Shown here one piece after another: positions 1-9,798 of a stretch of 32,000 nt of DNA. Position numbers and translations under genes: made by a program. The notes beneath the pieces are model-generated. The model searched no databases. It saw only the letters and a program-made list of their open reading frames with translations, and was not told where the DNA came from. The stretch comes from Wallemia ichthyophaga EXF-994. Its lineage: Eukaryota; Fungi; Basidiomycota. The DNA lies in assembly GCF_000400465.1 (NCBI RefSeq), contig NW_008806284.1, positions 300,001 to 332,000 on the forward strand. The letters are read 5' to 3'. How positions within the stretch are numbered: the first letter of the stretch is position 1; every line of letters begins with the position of its first letter.

Positions 1-1202
1 CTCCCTATCACTCTCCATACCCTTCTGCAGACGTTCAGACTCCTTGCGCTCCTTCCATAGGGCAACATAGAGTTTTCTGTCGTCGCGGCGCTCAGCGAAA
101 TACGCCCAAGTCCACTTCTTATTGCGCTCGTGCACCTCATTGAGAATGGCCCTCGCAGCAAAAGAAAGCAGGGCACGAGGTTTGTTGGCATGCAACTCAT
201 CAGCATTCGGACGCAAGCGAATATATTGAGATTGACGGATGTGGAAATGGAAGTTATCAACCATGAGGAGAGCATCACGGTACTGCTCCTCGTTGAGCAT
301 AAAACCAATCCTGTCAAAGAGAAGTTCAATGTCAAGTTTGGGAGTGTCGCTGGTGGCCTGGTGGTTCATACGCAGACGACCCTCACCAGAAACAGGTTTG
401 AGAATGTATTGATGATTTGGAGTATTTTGTTTGTTGGCGATAAGGGAAGTGAATTTCTCGATGGCGATGTTTGTTGGGTGACCGAGGAGGGATTCAGCGT
501 CAGTATCCCAGTAAGCAGAAAGGGATTCAAGCTTAGCAAGCTTATGAATGCCTTCTCTATTCTCTTCGATGAAGGTGGGTAGCCAGTTAGAATCTGTGGA
601 AACAGCGCTAAAGCCGCTAAGGGTGAGACCAACGGCGAATAACTGATTATGATGACTAATACTATCTTGATAGCGTATATGGATGTTTTCGATAACGAGT
701 TGAAGATTGTTGAGGATCTTGGTGACTAGTGAATTGGCGAATGACTCGTTCTTCTTCTCGTCTTCTGGGGAGATACCAGGGGAGGCTTGTGAGTTTAACA
801 ACAACTCAGCACTATCAAGCCTTTCCTGCTTAACTTGTTGAGAGCGTTTATCATCTTCTTCGGCGTCAAACTGAGTGAAATTTAGCGGGGATTTTGAAAA
901 AGGGGTTAAGATACCTGACTAGCGCCCGCAGGTAGAGCAATGAGGTAGACATTATCAATGTTAATCTTGCATGGTTTCCCTTTAAGGTTACTCCACGGGA
1001 TACTGAGTGTTAGTTCACCGAGGTAACCCTCCTTGACGTCAACAGGCAACCTAAACTTATCCAAAGCGCTTTTCCTCAATTTAAGATTCTTTAGCTTGAC
1101 ATCTCCACTCCAAATGCCAACGTTAAGTTGGCTTGTGTCGAGATTATCGATGTACGCTGAGAGGAATCTATTGAGTAAGCCAGCGACGACACCTTCAAGC
1201 AT
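1..1202 (-). CDS. VPS13: Vacuolar protein sorting 13 (lipid transfer protein), N-terminal part; runs off the window start. Exons 1202-915 and 870-<1
   Basis: N-terminus [77 protein letters not shown] is the chorein-N signature. A 44-nt phase-0 intron 914-871 (GTATCT...GCTAA...CTCAG) is followed by [18 protein letters not shown]...[23 protein letters not shown]...[17 protein letters not shown]. Confidence 0.95.
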
Positions 1203-1420
1203 CTTTGGTATATTTAATTAGCTTATTTAATTAGATGATGGTTGTTGAGGGATAACAATAAATGACATCACATGCGCAGATCATTAAATGAAAATTGTTT
1301 TTTGATTAGTTTATAATGACCTTATAAAAGAATAAATCAATTAAAATGTGTCTAGTTGAATAATTATTAATTTGGGTTGGTTGCTAAAATTTTCATCCGA
1401 CATCCACAATTGTTTATTTC

Positions 1421-2317
1421 CTACTTTGACACTGGAACTGGTGCAGTGCCAGCTTCAGTAACAGCCTTCTTAACACTCGTCCTTCTACCGACAGATTTGT
1501 AAGTTTTGACGTAAAATGCGATAAAGAGGAAGAGGTAGCTGGTGAGTAAACCACAACCACAGAAAGCAGCGAAACGACTACCAGTACAATCACCAACGTG
1601 TGGCCAACCCCATCTATAACCGTAATGTTGATAAGTTGCAAAGTAAACGATGAAGATATCGATAATGAATTGAGTGATTTGCATTGTAGTGAGGTACTTT
1701 TTCCACCAAATTCTGGCACCACCAGCTGTAGCGTAGTAGTAGTAGTACATGAGTACGTGAACTGCCAAATTGAGTGAAATAACCACCCAACTAACAGCTG
1801 TTCTACCTTCAAGTTGGGTGTAACACAGAGCAGCTGTAGCAGCGTGATGGAATACGTGAAGGAATGCCAATGGCTTCTTCTTTAACACTAAGAATACCGT
1901 GTCTATTAATTCAATATACTTGAAGTAGTAGTTGATTATGTAGTAAAACTCTAACTTATCTGTCCACGCTTCTTCACTACAGATACTGTAATAGAAGCCA
2001 TGTTTGTAGATCATCGGCACCACTTCCTCAGCCATTAAAGCCAGTAATACCCCACTACCCACGTATAACACCGTGTTATGCAATTGAAACGCTATTTTCA
2101 ACTTGAATGGCTCACGTCCACGCATCAGTTCGCGTCCACCAAATATTATCGCTAAATACGCTACTATCGCTGATGCTACCCCTTCTAATGTACTCAACGG
2201 CGTTATACCAGGCACCCACTGCTGCAAATACGTTGGTAAATGATACTGCTGGGGTATATACGCGTGTGCCATTGATGAGAGCGTGTCGTAGATATTTATT
2301 TTATTTATCTTATCCAT
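1421..2317 (-). CDS. ELO: GNS1/SUR4-family very-long-chain fatty acid elongase (apparently intronless)
   Basis: Contains KYIELIDTVFLVLKKKPLAFLHVFHH (HxxHH box), NLAVHVLMYYYY and TTMQITQF motifs plus several TM segments. The start is more likely ATG 2317 or 2272 than the ORF-track ATG at 2446. Confidence 0.93.
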   Translation of the reverse strand: MDKINKINIYDTLSSMAHAYIPQQYHLPTYLQQWVPGITPLSTLEGVASAIVAYLAIIFGGRELMRGREPFKLKIAFQLHNTVLYVGSGVLLALMAEEVVPMIYKHGFYYSICSEEAWTDKLEFYYIINYYFKYIELIDTVFLVLKKKPLAFLHVFHHAATAALCYTQLEGRTAVSWVVISLNLAVHVLMYYYYYATAGGARIWWKKYLTTMQITQFIIDIFIVYFATYQHYGYRWGWPHVGDCTGSRFAAFCGCGLLTSYLFLFIAFYVKTYKSVGRRTSVKKAVTEAGTAPVPVSK

Positions 2318-2457
2318 TTCTCTCCGTTTCTTTTTCGCGTCTTGAAATACCTCGCTTCGAATTAGAAAATAACACGGACGCTTCCTCATACCAAAATTAG
2401 GGTTACTGAAATTTTTCATTTTTATTATTACATCGGTGTCTATCATCTAAAACGCCT

Positions 2458-5134
2458 TTATTGCCCTCCTCCTCCATTACCCATAGCCCTTACCTGCTGC
2501 TGCAGCTGTGGTGGCAGATTGGCGTTGTTAGCCCCCATAAGTGCTGCTTGCTGGAGTTGTGGGGAGTTGAATGGCTGTGTTGATTGTGCTGTTTGTGGTA
2601 CTTGATGCACTTGACCTGCTTGACCTGCTTGACCTGCTTGCCCTGCTTGCCCACCTTCTCCTACTCCCCCTCCTCTGGCTACAGCCGCAGCAGCAATTGC
2701 GACTGGGTGATTCGGCGGCAACATCCTCGGATTTCCCCCTTTCATTAAAAATGCCTGCGCCTGTCTATACGCCGCTGCTTGCTGTCTACGCACCAACTCC
2801 GCCTGTACCTGTCTATCCCGCTCCAACTTGAGCGTAGACATCACCACTGGATCTAGCTGTAAACGAGTAACATCCGTTGCATGTGTCTCATGCGCGAACA
2901 AACTAACACGCTTCGCTTGACCTTCTCGCTTGCTCATTTCCTTCTCACGCTTCTTGACCGATTTGCCTATTAGCGTTACTAGATGGCTACGTCGTTGGGC
3001 GCGTCGCGATTGGTCGCTAGGCAACTGCTTTTTCTTGGTGTCTTTTGTCTTTTTTGTCGTTTCTTTGACGTCTTTATCTTTGTCTTTCTCTCTCTCCTTC
3101 TCTCTCTCTCGCTCTTTCTCTTTTTCCCTTTCCCTCTCCTTATCCCTCTCTTTCTCCCTCCCCTCGCCGCTTTTCCACCTCTCGAAGCAATCCACTGGCT
3201 CGCGTCGATCAGCCGGTCTATGAGAAAAAGCCTGATGAGAGCCATTAAAGATATCAGCAACGAGTAACCAATTCCCTGTGTACTGTTGAGTGAGGGTGTG
3301 TAGTAGATTGTCTTCTTCCTCGCTCCACTGTAGACCAATCGCGGGGGATCCCTCTGGTCTATTTTCCCAGCAAGTATTTGCACTCCCGCTCTTGGTCTTT
3401 TTCCCGTGAAAAAGGTCACTAGCGCCTGTACCTGCACTTGCACCTACATTTCCCCCCTCCATGACACCATCGAGGGTATGTGTGTAGTTATCAAATGTAT
3501 CCACATCCCATGCCGACCGCGCACGATGTTTTCCAGGCTCGAGGGAAGACACGAGCATAGTTTTGTACTGCATCAGTCGACTAACATGTGCGACTCGGCC
3601 TGCTTGTGCACTGCTTGTGTCTACCCGACCATTTTCATTTCCATTTCCACCTAAGGCTGTTGCTGTCGCTGCTCCCACTCCTCGCTCCACCTTGGCAGTG
3701 TGTACGGGCGCGCGCATACTCTGTGGCGCGGTTGCGCTGGCAGTGACAGTATAGGGTGGGAGGTCGGGGAATAACTCACTCAAGTCACTAACCTCCCCAC
3801 CACTCATTTCGCTCATGTCCGCCATCACCCTCATTTCTCCCTCCAACAACGGTTTGCGGGCTTCTATTATATCTTTGTGTGGTGTGGTGGTGTGAGTGTT
3901 GGTGGTGGTGCTGGTGTGTGTCGATTGCGATTGTCCCGAGTACATTGAATGCCCAGATTGCGCCGAGCTCCCTGTATCTCCTCCCTCTTCCTCCTCCCTG
4001 ATATCTTGCTCGAGCGTAGGCGGTCTAGTGAGCTCGTCTATATCCATAGGCAAGTCGGTGTGAGTGTGTGAGTTTTTGAGTGCGGTAGCATCCTGCTCTT
4101 GCTCTTGCACCTGTTCCTCCTCCTGCTGGCGTAATATTCTCCCAGCCATATTGTCATCGACCATTCCCCTACCTGTTTCATTCTCCTCGTCTTTCTCACC
4201 TGTCACACCCCCCACATGCTCATTGATGGCGTCATTCACCTCCATTTCTGAGTCGATGGGAAGCATTTTTGTTTGCTGCTCTTGTTCCTCTCGCTCATGC
4301 TCATCTTGCTCGCGTCTTTTAAGCAGACTCTTCTGGGGAATTGAAGCATTAACACAGAGAGCCTTCTTGCCATCATGCCCAGCGCTATGCCATTCAGCGA
4401 CTTTGCTAGCGAGCAAGAAGGCGACTGAGAGTTTCCACCTGCGTTCCGCTTTGAAATCTGCCTGCAACCAACCCACCTGATCGAGGAGGTGATCCCAATG
4501 GGCGAGTGGAACAGCTACACCTCTATGTTTCTTTGGCTGTTTGAACGACCAGCCACCGCCAGCAACGCCAACACCACCATCCTCCTCCTCGTCCTGTTTT
4601 GCTGTATCCGCATCCGCATCGCGCGCTCGCAACGCCTGCAGATTGCCAATCCGCCGCACCACCTTGGCATACTTGACATCGTTGAATGCCACCCGCCAGT
4701 CAGTGAGGAAGAGCGCTTTGCTGGTGGTGGTGCCTCTGCCGATGACGGCGGCGGGGATGGGCTGGTATTCGTGGAGGGCATCTATGCGGTGGAAAGCGTT
4801 GCTCAGCGTGTTCTTCTTCTTGTGCTTGGGTTGGGTGACAGGAAAGGGGATCAGGCTGTGCGAGTAGCTCGGACTAGGCTGGCTGTCTGCTTGGTCTGTA
4901 GGAGAGTGGAGGTGGACAGGGGAAGGATCGAGGTGGCTAGTAAATTATAAGCCTGGCTCTTTGAATTGCTCGCGACGATTATATAACCCACCTCCTATCT
5001 AATTTCCAAGCCTCGAGGAAATCCATCGGGGGGGTATCACACTCGACCAGCCCAAAAGGCTTAAAATAAGGCGTGGAATATAGATTATATAGGTAATTTA
5101 TAAGCTCGAGCCTTTTATTGAGTATTTCTGTCAT
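2458..5134 (-). CDS. EAF1: NuA4 scaffold subunit Eaf1/Vid21 (HSA + SANT domains). Exons 5134-4992 and 4936-2458
   Basis: HSA-like HWDHLLDQVGWLQADFKAERRWKLSVAFLLASKVAEWH and SANT-like WSEEEDNLLHTLTQQYTGNWLLVADIFN...DCFERW, then a Q-rich tail. The frame stays open upstream of the ORF-track start (YQPIPAAVIGRGTTTSKALFLTDWRVAFN). A 55-nt phase-2 intron 4991-4937 (GTGGGT...TACTAG) joins it to MTEILNKRLELINYLY. Confidence 0.87.
3085..3165. repeat. TC/CT-rich low-complexity tract encoding the EREKERDKEREREKEKE run in Eaf1
   Basis: Pyrimidine-rich dinucleotide-like tract on the + strand; a charged run in the minus-strand translation. Limits are approximate. Confidence 0.8.
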
Positions 5135-5162
5135 ATAAATATAATAGTGATGGCTGTACCCG

Positions 5163-5881
5163 CTATACAAGCAATTCCTTGGATTTCGTCTGGTTATTGA
5201 GCTTGGTGGATGAATCGGTAAACATTTTCTGAAATTGCTTGTTAGACTCGTTGGACTAGTGATTTGTTAGGATAGCCTTGTAAATTGCTAGTCACCCACA
5301 TCAAACTCCCGCCATCCATAACCCAGGTACGCCTCATCCTCGTCCTTACGCAGAATATCCTGTACACTCGACAGCGCCGGCTTGTCCCCACTGGCCTGTG
5401 CCTGTATACCAATCAGCTTGGACGTAACACTCCCCGTAGTTGCCTTCTTATCCTCCTCCTCCTCCATATCCTCGACATCCTCCGTCTTCTTGGTCTTTAG
5501 CTGGTTGAGATTGACGCGCAACTGATAAATATCCTCCAGCTTATTCAAATGCAACTCCCCTTCCTGGATTATCCCCACAAAGTAATTAGTATTCACCCCC
5601 ATCAGCGTCGACGAGTACTCGAGCTTATCAATATCATTAGCCTTGTTATACACAATACCCCTCTTATCCAGCTCCGTATACAACTTGATCTTCTTATTCT
5701 CCTTCTTGATCTCTGCCTTGATTGGCCCACTCAAGTTACTCGTACTCGTCGGAAACTGCAACAAACTCAAACCTTTCATCTTCTTGTTCATCTTTATCGG
5801 TATACGCTTCACTAGTGGTGCTGTATGCGGTGGCAGCAAGTACTCTGGCAGGACTTGCACGCTCTCCTTATCGTCTTCCAT
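5163..5881 (-). CDS. RPC5: RNA polymerase III subunit Rpc5/C37 (Sin-like). Exons 5881-5300 and 5255-5163
   Basis: LVKRIPIKMN...LSLLQFP...YFVGIIQEGELHLNKLEDIYQLRVNLNQL fits the Sin_N/C37 pattern. A 44-nt intron 5299-5256 (GTGGGT...CTAAC...CACTAG) adds the last exon SNESNKQFQKMFTDSSTKLNNQTKSKELLV*. Confidence 0.75.
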
Positions 5882-6011
5882 GATGGTAGTGGTGGTTTGA
5901 GGCGAATATCCGCGTAATATACATCACAGGTACTCTACACCACTCTATCCAACCACACAAACATCCTCAATCACTCTCGCTCTCCCTTCCCCGCTGAAAA
6001 TATTCACCCTT

Positions 6012-6413
6012 TCAGACACTCCTCTCTGGTCTCTGTAGCGACTTCAACTTGGGTCTGCCGATATTACCATTGGAAGTAATCCCACTGCGATTCCTACTTG
6101 TCTCGCCAACATTCCCTATCCTACGTCTGTTCATCTCCTCACTCATCTCCTTCCCCAGCTGCATTCCCCTGCTATAAACTATTTCTGCCGCTGCTTTAAA
6201 CACATCATTACCCTGCTGTCCCCGCTGAAAATCTTCTTCGGCAATGTTCTCTTCCGAAGGAAAGACGCCACCGATACCCCAAACCGGCCTCTCTTTCAAC
6301 TTCCTCACGCGATTATTCTTTGCATCGATAGCGTCTCGTTTCTGATCATCTGGCTGTCTACTGTGAGCGCTAGTTGACAGTGACACACCCACACTCACAC
6401 TCATCCTTGCCAT
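6012..6413 (-). CDS. Small soluble protein homologous only to the cytosolic N-terminal region of the aquaglyceroporin at 20815-23012 (no MIP domain)
   Basis: AKNNRVRKLKERPVWGIGGVFPSEE matches AKHNEHMRRVKSKRPLWGIGGVFPAED; GNDVFKAAAEIVYSRGMQLG matches GQEVLNAAAEAVFSRGRELG; NGNIGRPKL matches TGNLGSTKF. A possible in-frame 45-nt intron at 6398-6354 (GTGAGT...GCTCAC...GACAG) would give 118 aa instead of 133 aa. Confidence 0.7.
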   Translation of the reverse strand: MARMSVSVGVSLSTSAHSRQPDDQKRDAIDAKNNRVRKLKERPVWGIGGVFPSEENIAEEDFQRGQQGNDVFKAAAEIVYSRGMQLGKEMSEEMNRRRIGNVGETSRNRSGITSNGNIGRPKLKSLQRPERSV

Positions 6414-6429
6414 TTATTTCTTTTTCCTA

Positions 6430-6493
6430 ATCGAAGCTTCACAAGATGTTGGAAGGTGCCGCCTTGATTTATTTTTGATTCCCGCTGACATCA
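6430..6493. promoter_or_regulatory. Conserved upstream footprints ATCGAAGCTT (6430-6439) and TGACATCA (6486-6493)
   Basis: The same two words recur at almost the same spacing upstream of the paralogous pseudogene (7376-7385 and 7431-7438), while the sequence between them has diverged. Confidence 0.45.
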
Positions 6494-6926
6494 TCCTTTG
6501 TAATCTCACTCAAAGTCGGCTCTAAATCGAGGTTTCACGGCAAATATGGTGCATCTCTGGTTTGACTTGAAATATAAATTAATTCAAATGCTAGCTGGTA
6601 AAGTATCAGAGCCTTGATTGTGTGATATAGTGACTCTTTTAACGCCTGGGCACCACTTTTGTCACCGTGCTTCTGCACTTGATCCCCTTGAATCGCAATT
6701 AAGCAATGAATCAATAACTATTCATCCAAACTCACCTCTACACAAATTTACATTCTTGCGCATTCTCACATTCTCCCACTTTCGCACTCATTTCATTGAA
6801 AATATTCACCCACTCACGAACCTCAAATGCTCTTCGCAGGTCTCAGCAGTGGCCTCAGCTGAGGACGCGTGAGTTTAGCAATGGTTCTGCTGCTGCTGCT
6901 TTTTAAATTCATCTTGATACTATCTT

Positions 6927-7297
6927 TCATGCTACTCTTGATGCTCTTGCTGCTTCTCTGTATATTGCGCTTGCACCTCTCGATTCCCTTTCGAGCTTAA
7001 TTTCATCGCTTAGCACCCTCCCTAATTGCATTCCCCTACTGTTTGTAATCTCTGCAGCAACTTTGAAAGCATTCTCTGTATCATTGCTATTGCTATTGCT
7101 CTTGAAACCACTACCACTTCGGGTCTGTTGAACCCGATGAAAATCTTATTCATCCCTCTCTTCTGAAGGAAAGACACCGCTGATACTCCACAAGTATCTA
7201 TGTTGATTCTTCGAGTGATCAGTGAGCTCATCTGGCGAGTAATTTTATTGGTTTGATTGTGTGCGAGTGTGCTTTGAGAGATTGTGCTGTGAGTCAT
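6927..7297 (-). pseudogene. Degenerate tandem paralog of the 6012-6413 gene
   Basis: A frame not shown in the ORF track reads NYSPDELTDHSKNQHRYLWSISGVFPSEERDE*DFHRVQQ...NAFKVAAEITNSRGMQLGRVLSDEI...*. An in-frame TAA replaces the Glu of EDFQR, and the 5' part is in another frame. The 5' limit is approximate. Confidence 0.75.
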
Positions 7298-7772
7298 TCT
7301 GCATCCCTCACAAAGCACACCTACTATTCCTATCGCTTTGCACTTCAAACTCTACCTCCTACTTTCCACTGTCTTATCGAAGCTTATAAAGGGATGGGAT
7401 CGTACTGGCGTCTTTATTATCGACTCGCACTGACATCACGTCACCCATTGCACTCTGCTTCCATAATAGGCCTTTGAACATTCAAATTCACATTCGAATT
7501 CGCCTCTTTCTCAACCCTTGCTCTTATCTCGCTTGCTGAGACATGTCAGTGGTCAAAATTAAAACAAGTCTGAATTCATTATAGTCTCGATCTATGCACT
7601 CATCGTGGCGCTTTAGGCACAAGTAAACCATTTCGTCATCTACTTCTTCACCGCATAAATTATCAGACCTGTCTCACTTTGTCGAAGCAAGTCTAATGTC
7701 GTTAAAACGTGTAGCATATATCATGACAATAAATTAGTCATTACAAATGGGGTATTGTCTACAGAAGCTTAT

Positions 7773-8735
7773 CTAGAGCAAGTCACCCTTGGAAGAGTCC
7801 CAGGAACCACTACCAGCTGATGTATCCTTGGTTGCGCCAGTGGCCCAGTCACCTGAAGTGCCCTTGCCACCCATCTTGCCCTTGCCTCCCTTTGGACCAC
7901 CCATCATACCTTGTCTCTTGAGCAAATCACCGCCTGAAGATTCCCATGAGCCACTACCAGCTGAGGTGTCCTTGGTTGCACCAGTGGCCCAGTCACCTGA
8001 AGTGCCCTTGCCGCCTTCGCGTGCCGTCAAGCCTCTCTTACCACCCTGGTAAAATTGACCTCTCTTGAGTAAATCACCCTCGGAGGAGTCCCAGGAGCCA
8101 CTTCCAGCTGAGGTGTCCTTGGTTGCGCCAGTGGCCCAGTCACCTGAAGTGCCCTTGCCACCCATCTTGCCCTTGCCTCCCATACCGTGTGCTTGTCTCT
8201 TCAATAAGTCACCGTCTGAGGAGTCCCAAGAGCCGCTGGTTGCTGCAGTGTCCTTAGTGGCACCATTGGCCCACTCACCAGACCCAGCGCCTTTGCCAGC
8301 ACGCTTGAGCAAGTCACCCTCGCTGTGGTCGTTTTCACCTGCTGAGGCGGCGCTGTCTTTAGTAGTACCGTAGTTCCATTCGCCAGCTAAAGGATATTAG
8401 CTAAGACATTTCGGAAAGTAAAAGTCAACTCACAACCACCACCTGAACGTCTTACTCCGTCAGCTGCACGGCTTTGGTACTGGATTACTGTTTAGTTACT
8501 TTAAAATGCATCGAATGATACTCACGCCACGCTTCAAAAGATCACCCTTTGAGCTATCGGTTTCGCCAGAAGTGGCAGCGGTGTCCTTGGTAGCGCCGTT
8601 GGCCCATTCACCAGAGCCTGCGCCTGAGCGAGCGATCTAATGTGCTTGTGAGCGCCGTCATAGGTGCAAATAGTCACGTACCGGAGCGGCTGTTGCAGCA
8701 GCAACCATTGCGATTAAAGCGATTGAGAACTTCAT
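7773..8735 (-). CDS. Secreted Kex2-processed repeat protein (KEP), 274 aa, six GDLL-ending repeats. Exons 8735-8682, 8636-8526, 8479-8434, 8386-7773
   Basis: Signal peptide MKFSIALIAMVAAATAAP, introns of 45, 46 and 47 nt with canonical sites, and exon lengths summing to 825 nt. Repeats SG(E/D)W..G.TKD...GDLL are separated by six KR sites. Confidence 0.85.
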
Positions 8736-9228
8736 AGTATTTGAATTGATGTGGGAGTGTTGTAAAGAAGAATTGTTTTAGAATCTCTTAAATTTATATT
8801 TCATTTTAGCGCCATTTTTAGCGTAGCATTCCGAAGATCCGGCACGAATATTCAAATTTCAAATGGCCGTGGCAAATATGATAGACGATGAGCAAGTGCG
8901 AGTAGCTAGACCATCCTTGATGTTCAACACGTGCTGAATTGAGTGATGGAAGCTGAAGCGGGAGAGAAGTATGTGAAAAATTCAAGTAATTCAAACGATG
9001 CTCTTAAAATGGTTTTCTTAAGGAACTTGTACACATTAACAAGCTTCTGCAAGCTCTATACACGGCAAGGCAGTAAGACATCGTGTCTTATTTTGATCAA
9101 ACACACGCATTCTAGATAGCAAACATTGTAATATGATAATTTCTAAAAACAAATAGACACATAAGCTTATTCATATCCCAAAGTAGTCATCATCTCTATT
9201 ATTTCAAGAAGTCATCGTAATTTTCCTT

Positions 9229-9798
9229 TTACATTATATTTCTCCTAAGCAGCTCAACCTCACTTTGATCACTTTCACCTGCTGAGGCAGCACTGTCCTT
9301 AGTATTACCATAGTTCCATTCAACATCTACATTGAATTAGCTCAGACATCCTTCAAAGTTATGCTAAACTCACTTCTACCAGAAAGCTTGAAGCTGCTGA
9401 CATCAAATTGGCCTCGACGACGCTCAAGTAAATATGCGTCAGAGTTGTCGCAAATGCCATTGCCTGCTGAGCTGGTCGAGGTAGCGCTGGTAGCCCATTC
9501 ATTGTCATCAACTGAGCGACCATTATAAAGACCTTGCGATTGAATTTTCAGCTACTAAAACTAGCGTGATAATTACACACACGCCAAGAGCACCATGTCT
9601 GGACTCCTGGAGATTGCCTTGCGACCCTTCTGTCTCGCCAGAAGTGGCAGCGGTGTCTTTGGTAGCACTGTTGGCCCATTCACAAGAGCCTGCTTGTGAA
9701 CGAGCGATCTAGTGTGCCTGTGAGCGCTGCAAAGAAACACGTACTGGAGCGGATGTTGAAGCAACAATTATGGCGATCAATGCGATTGAAAGCTTCAT
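9229..9798 (-). CDS. Diverged tandem paralog of the KEP at 7773-8735 (three repeats); possibly pseudogenising
   Basis: MKLSIALIAIIVASTSAP, then a 36-nt intron 9744-9709, then IARSQAGSCEWANSATKDTAATSGETEGSQGNLQESR, then LYNGRSVDDNEWATSATSTSSAGNGICDNSDAYLLERRRG, then a 47-nt intron 9373-9327, then VEWNYGNTKDSAASAGESDQSEVELLRRNIM*. The middle intron needs a weak phase-1 donor to keep the frame. Confidence 0.6.

Noticed and set aside
130-1221. ORFs 130-582, 366-632 and 1033-1221
   Set aside because: Antisense or off-frame shadows of VPS13.
2318-2446. 43-codon N-terminal extension of the elongase in the ORF track
   Set aside because: AT-rich, has no elongase character and begins 12 nt from the EAF1 stop; treated as intergenic/UTR. 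See the fusion finding for the alternative reading.
2571-4950. Numerous Leu/Ser/Cys-rich ORFs overlapping EAF1
   Set aside because: Antisense or alternative-frame products of low-complexity EAF1 codons.
7022-7348. 108-aa minus-strand ORF
   Set aside because: It is the wrong frame of the aquaglyceroporin-tail pseudogene; the homology lies in a different frame.
7789-8373. Pro-rich repeat ORFs on the + strand (EESQEPLPAEVSLVAPVAQSPEVPLPP)
   Set aside because: Antisense mirror of the KEP repeats. The minus strand has the signal peptide, canonical introns and KR sites.
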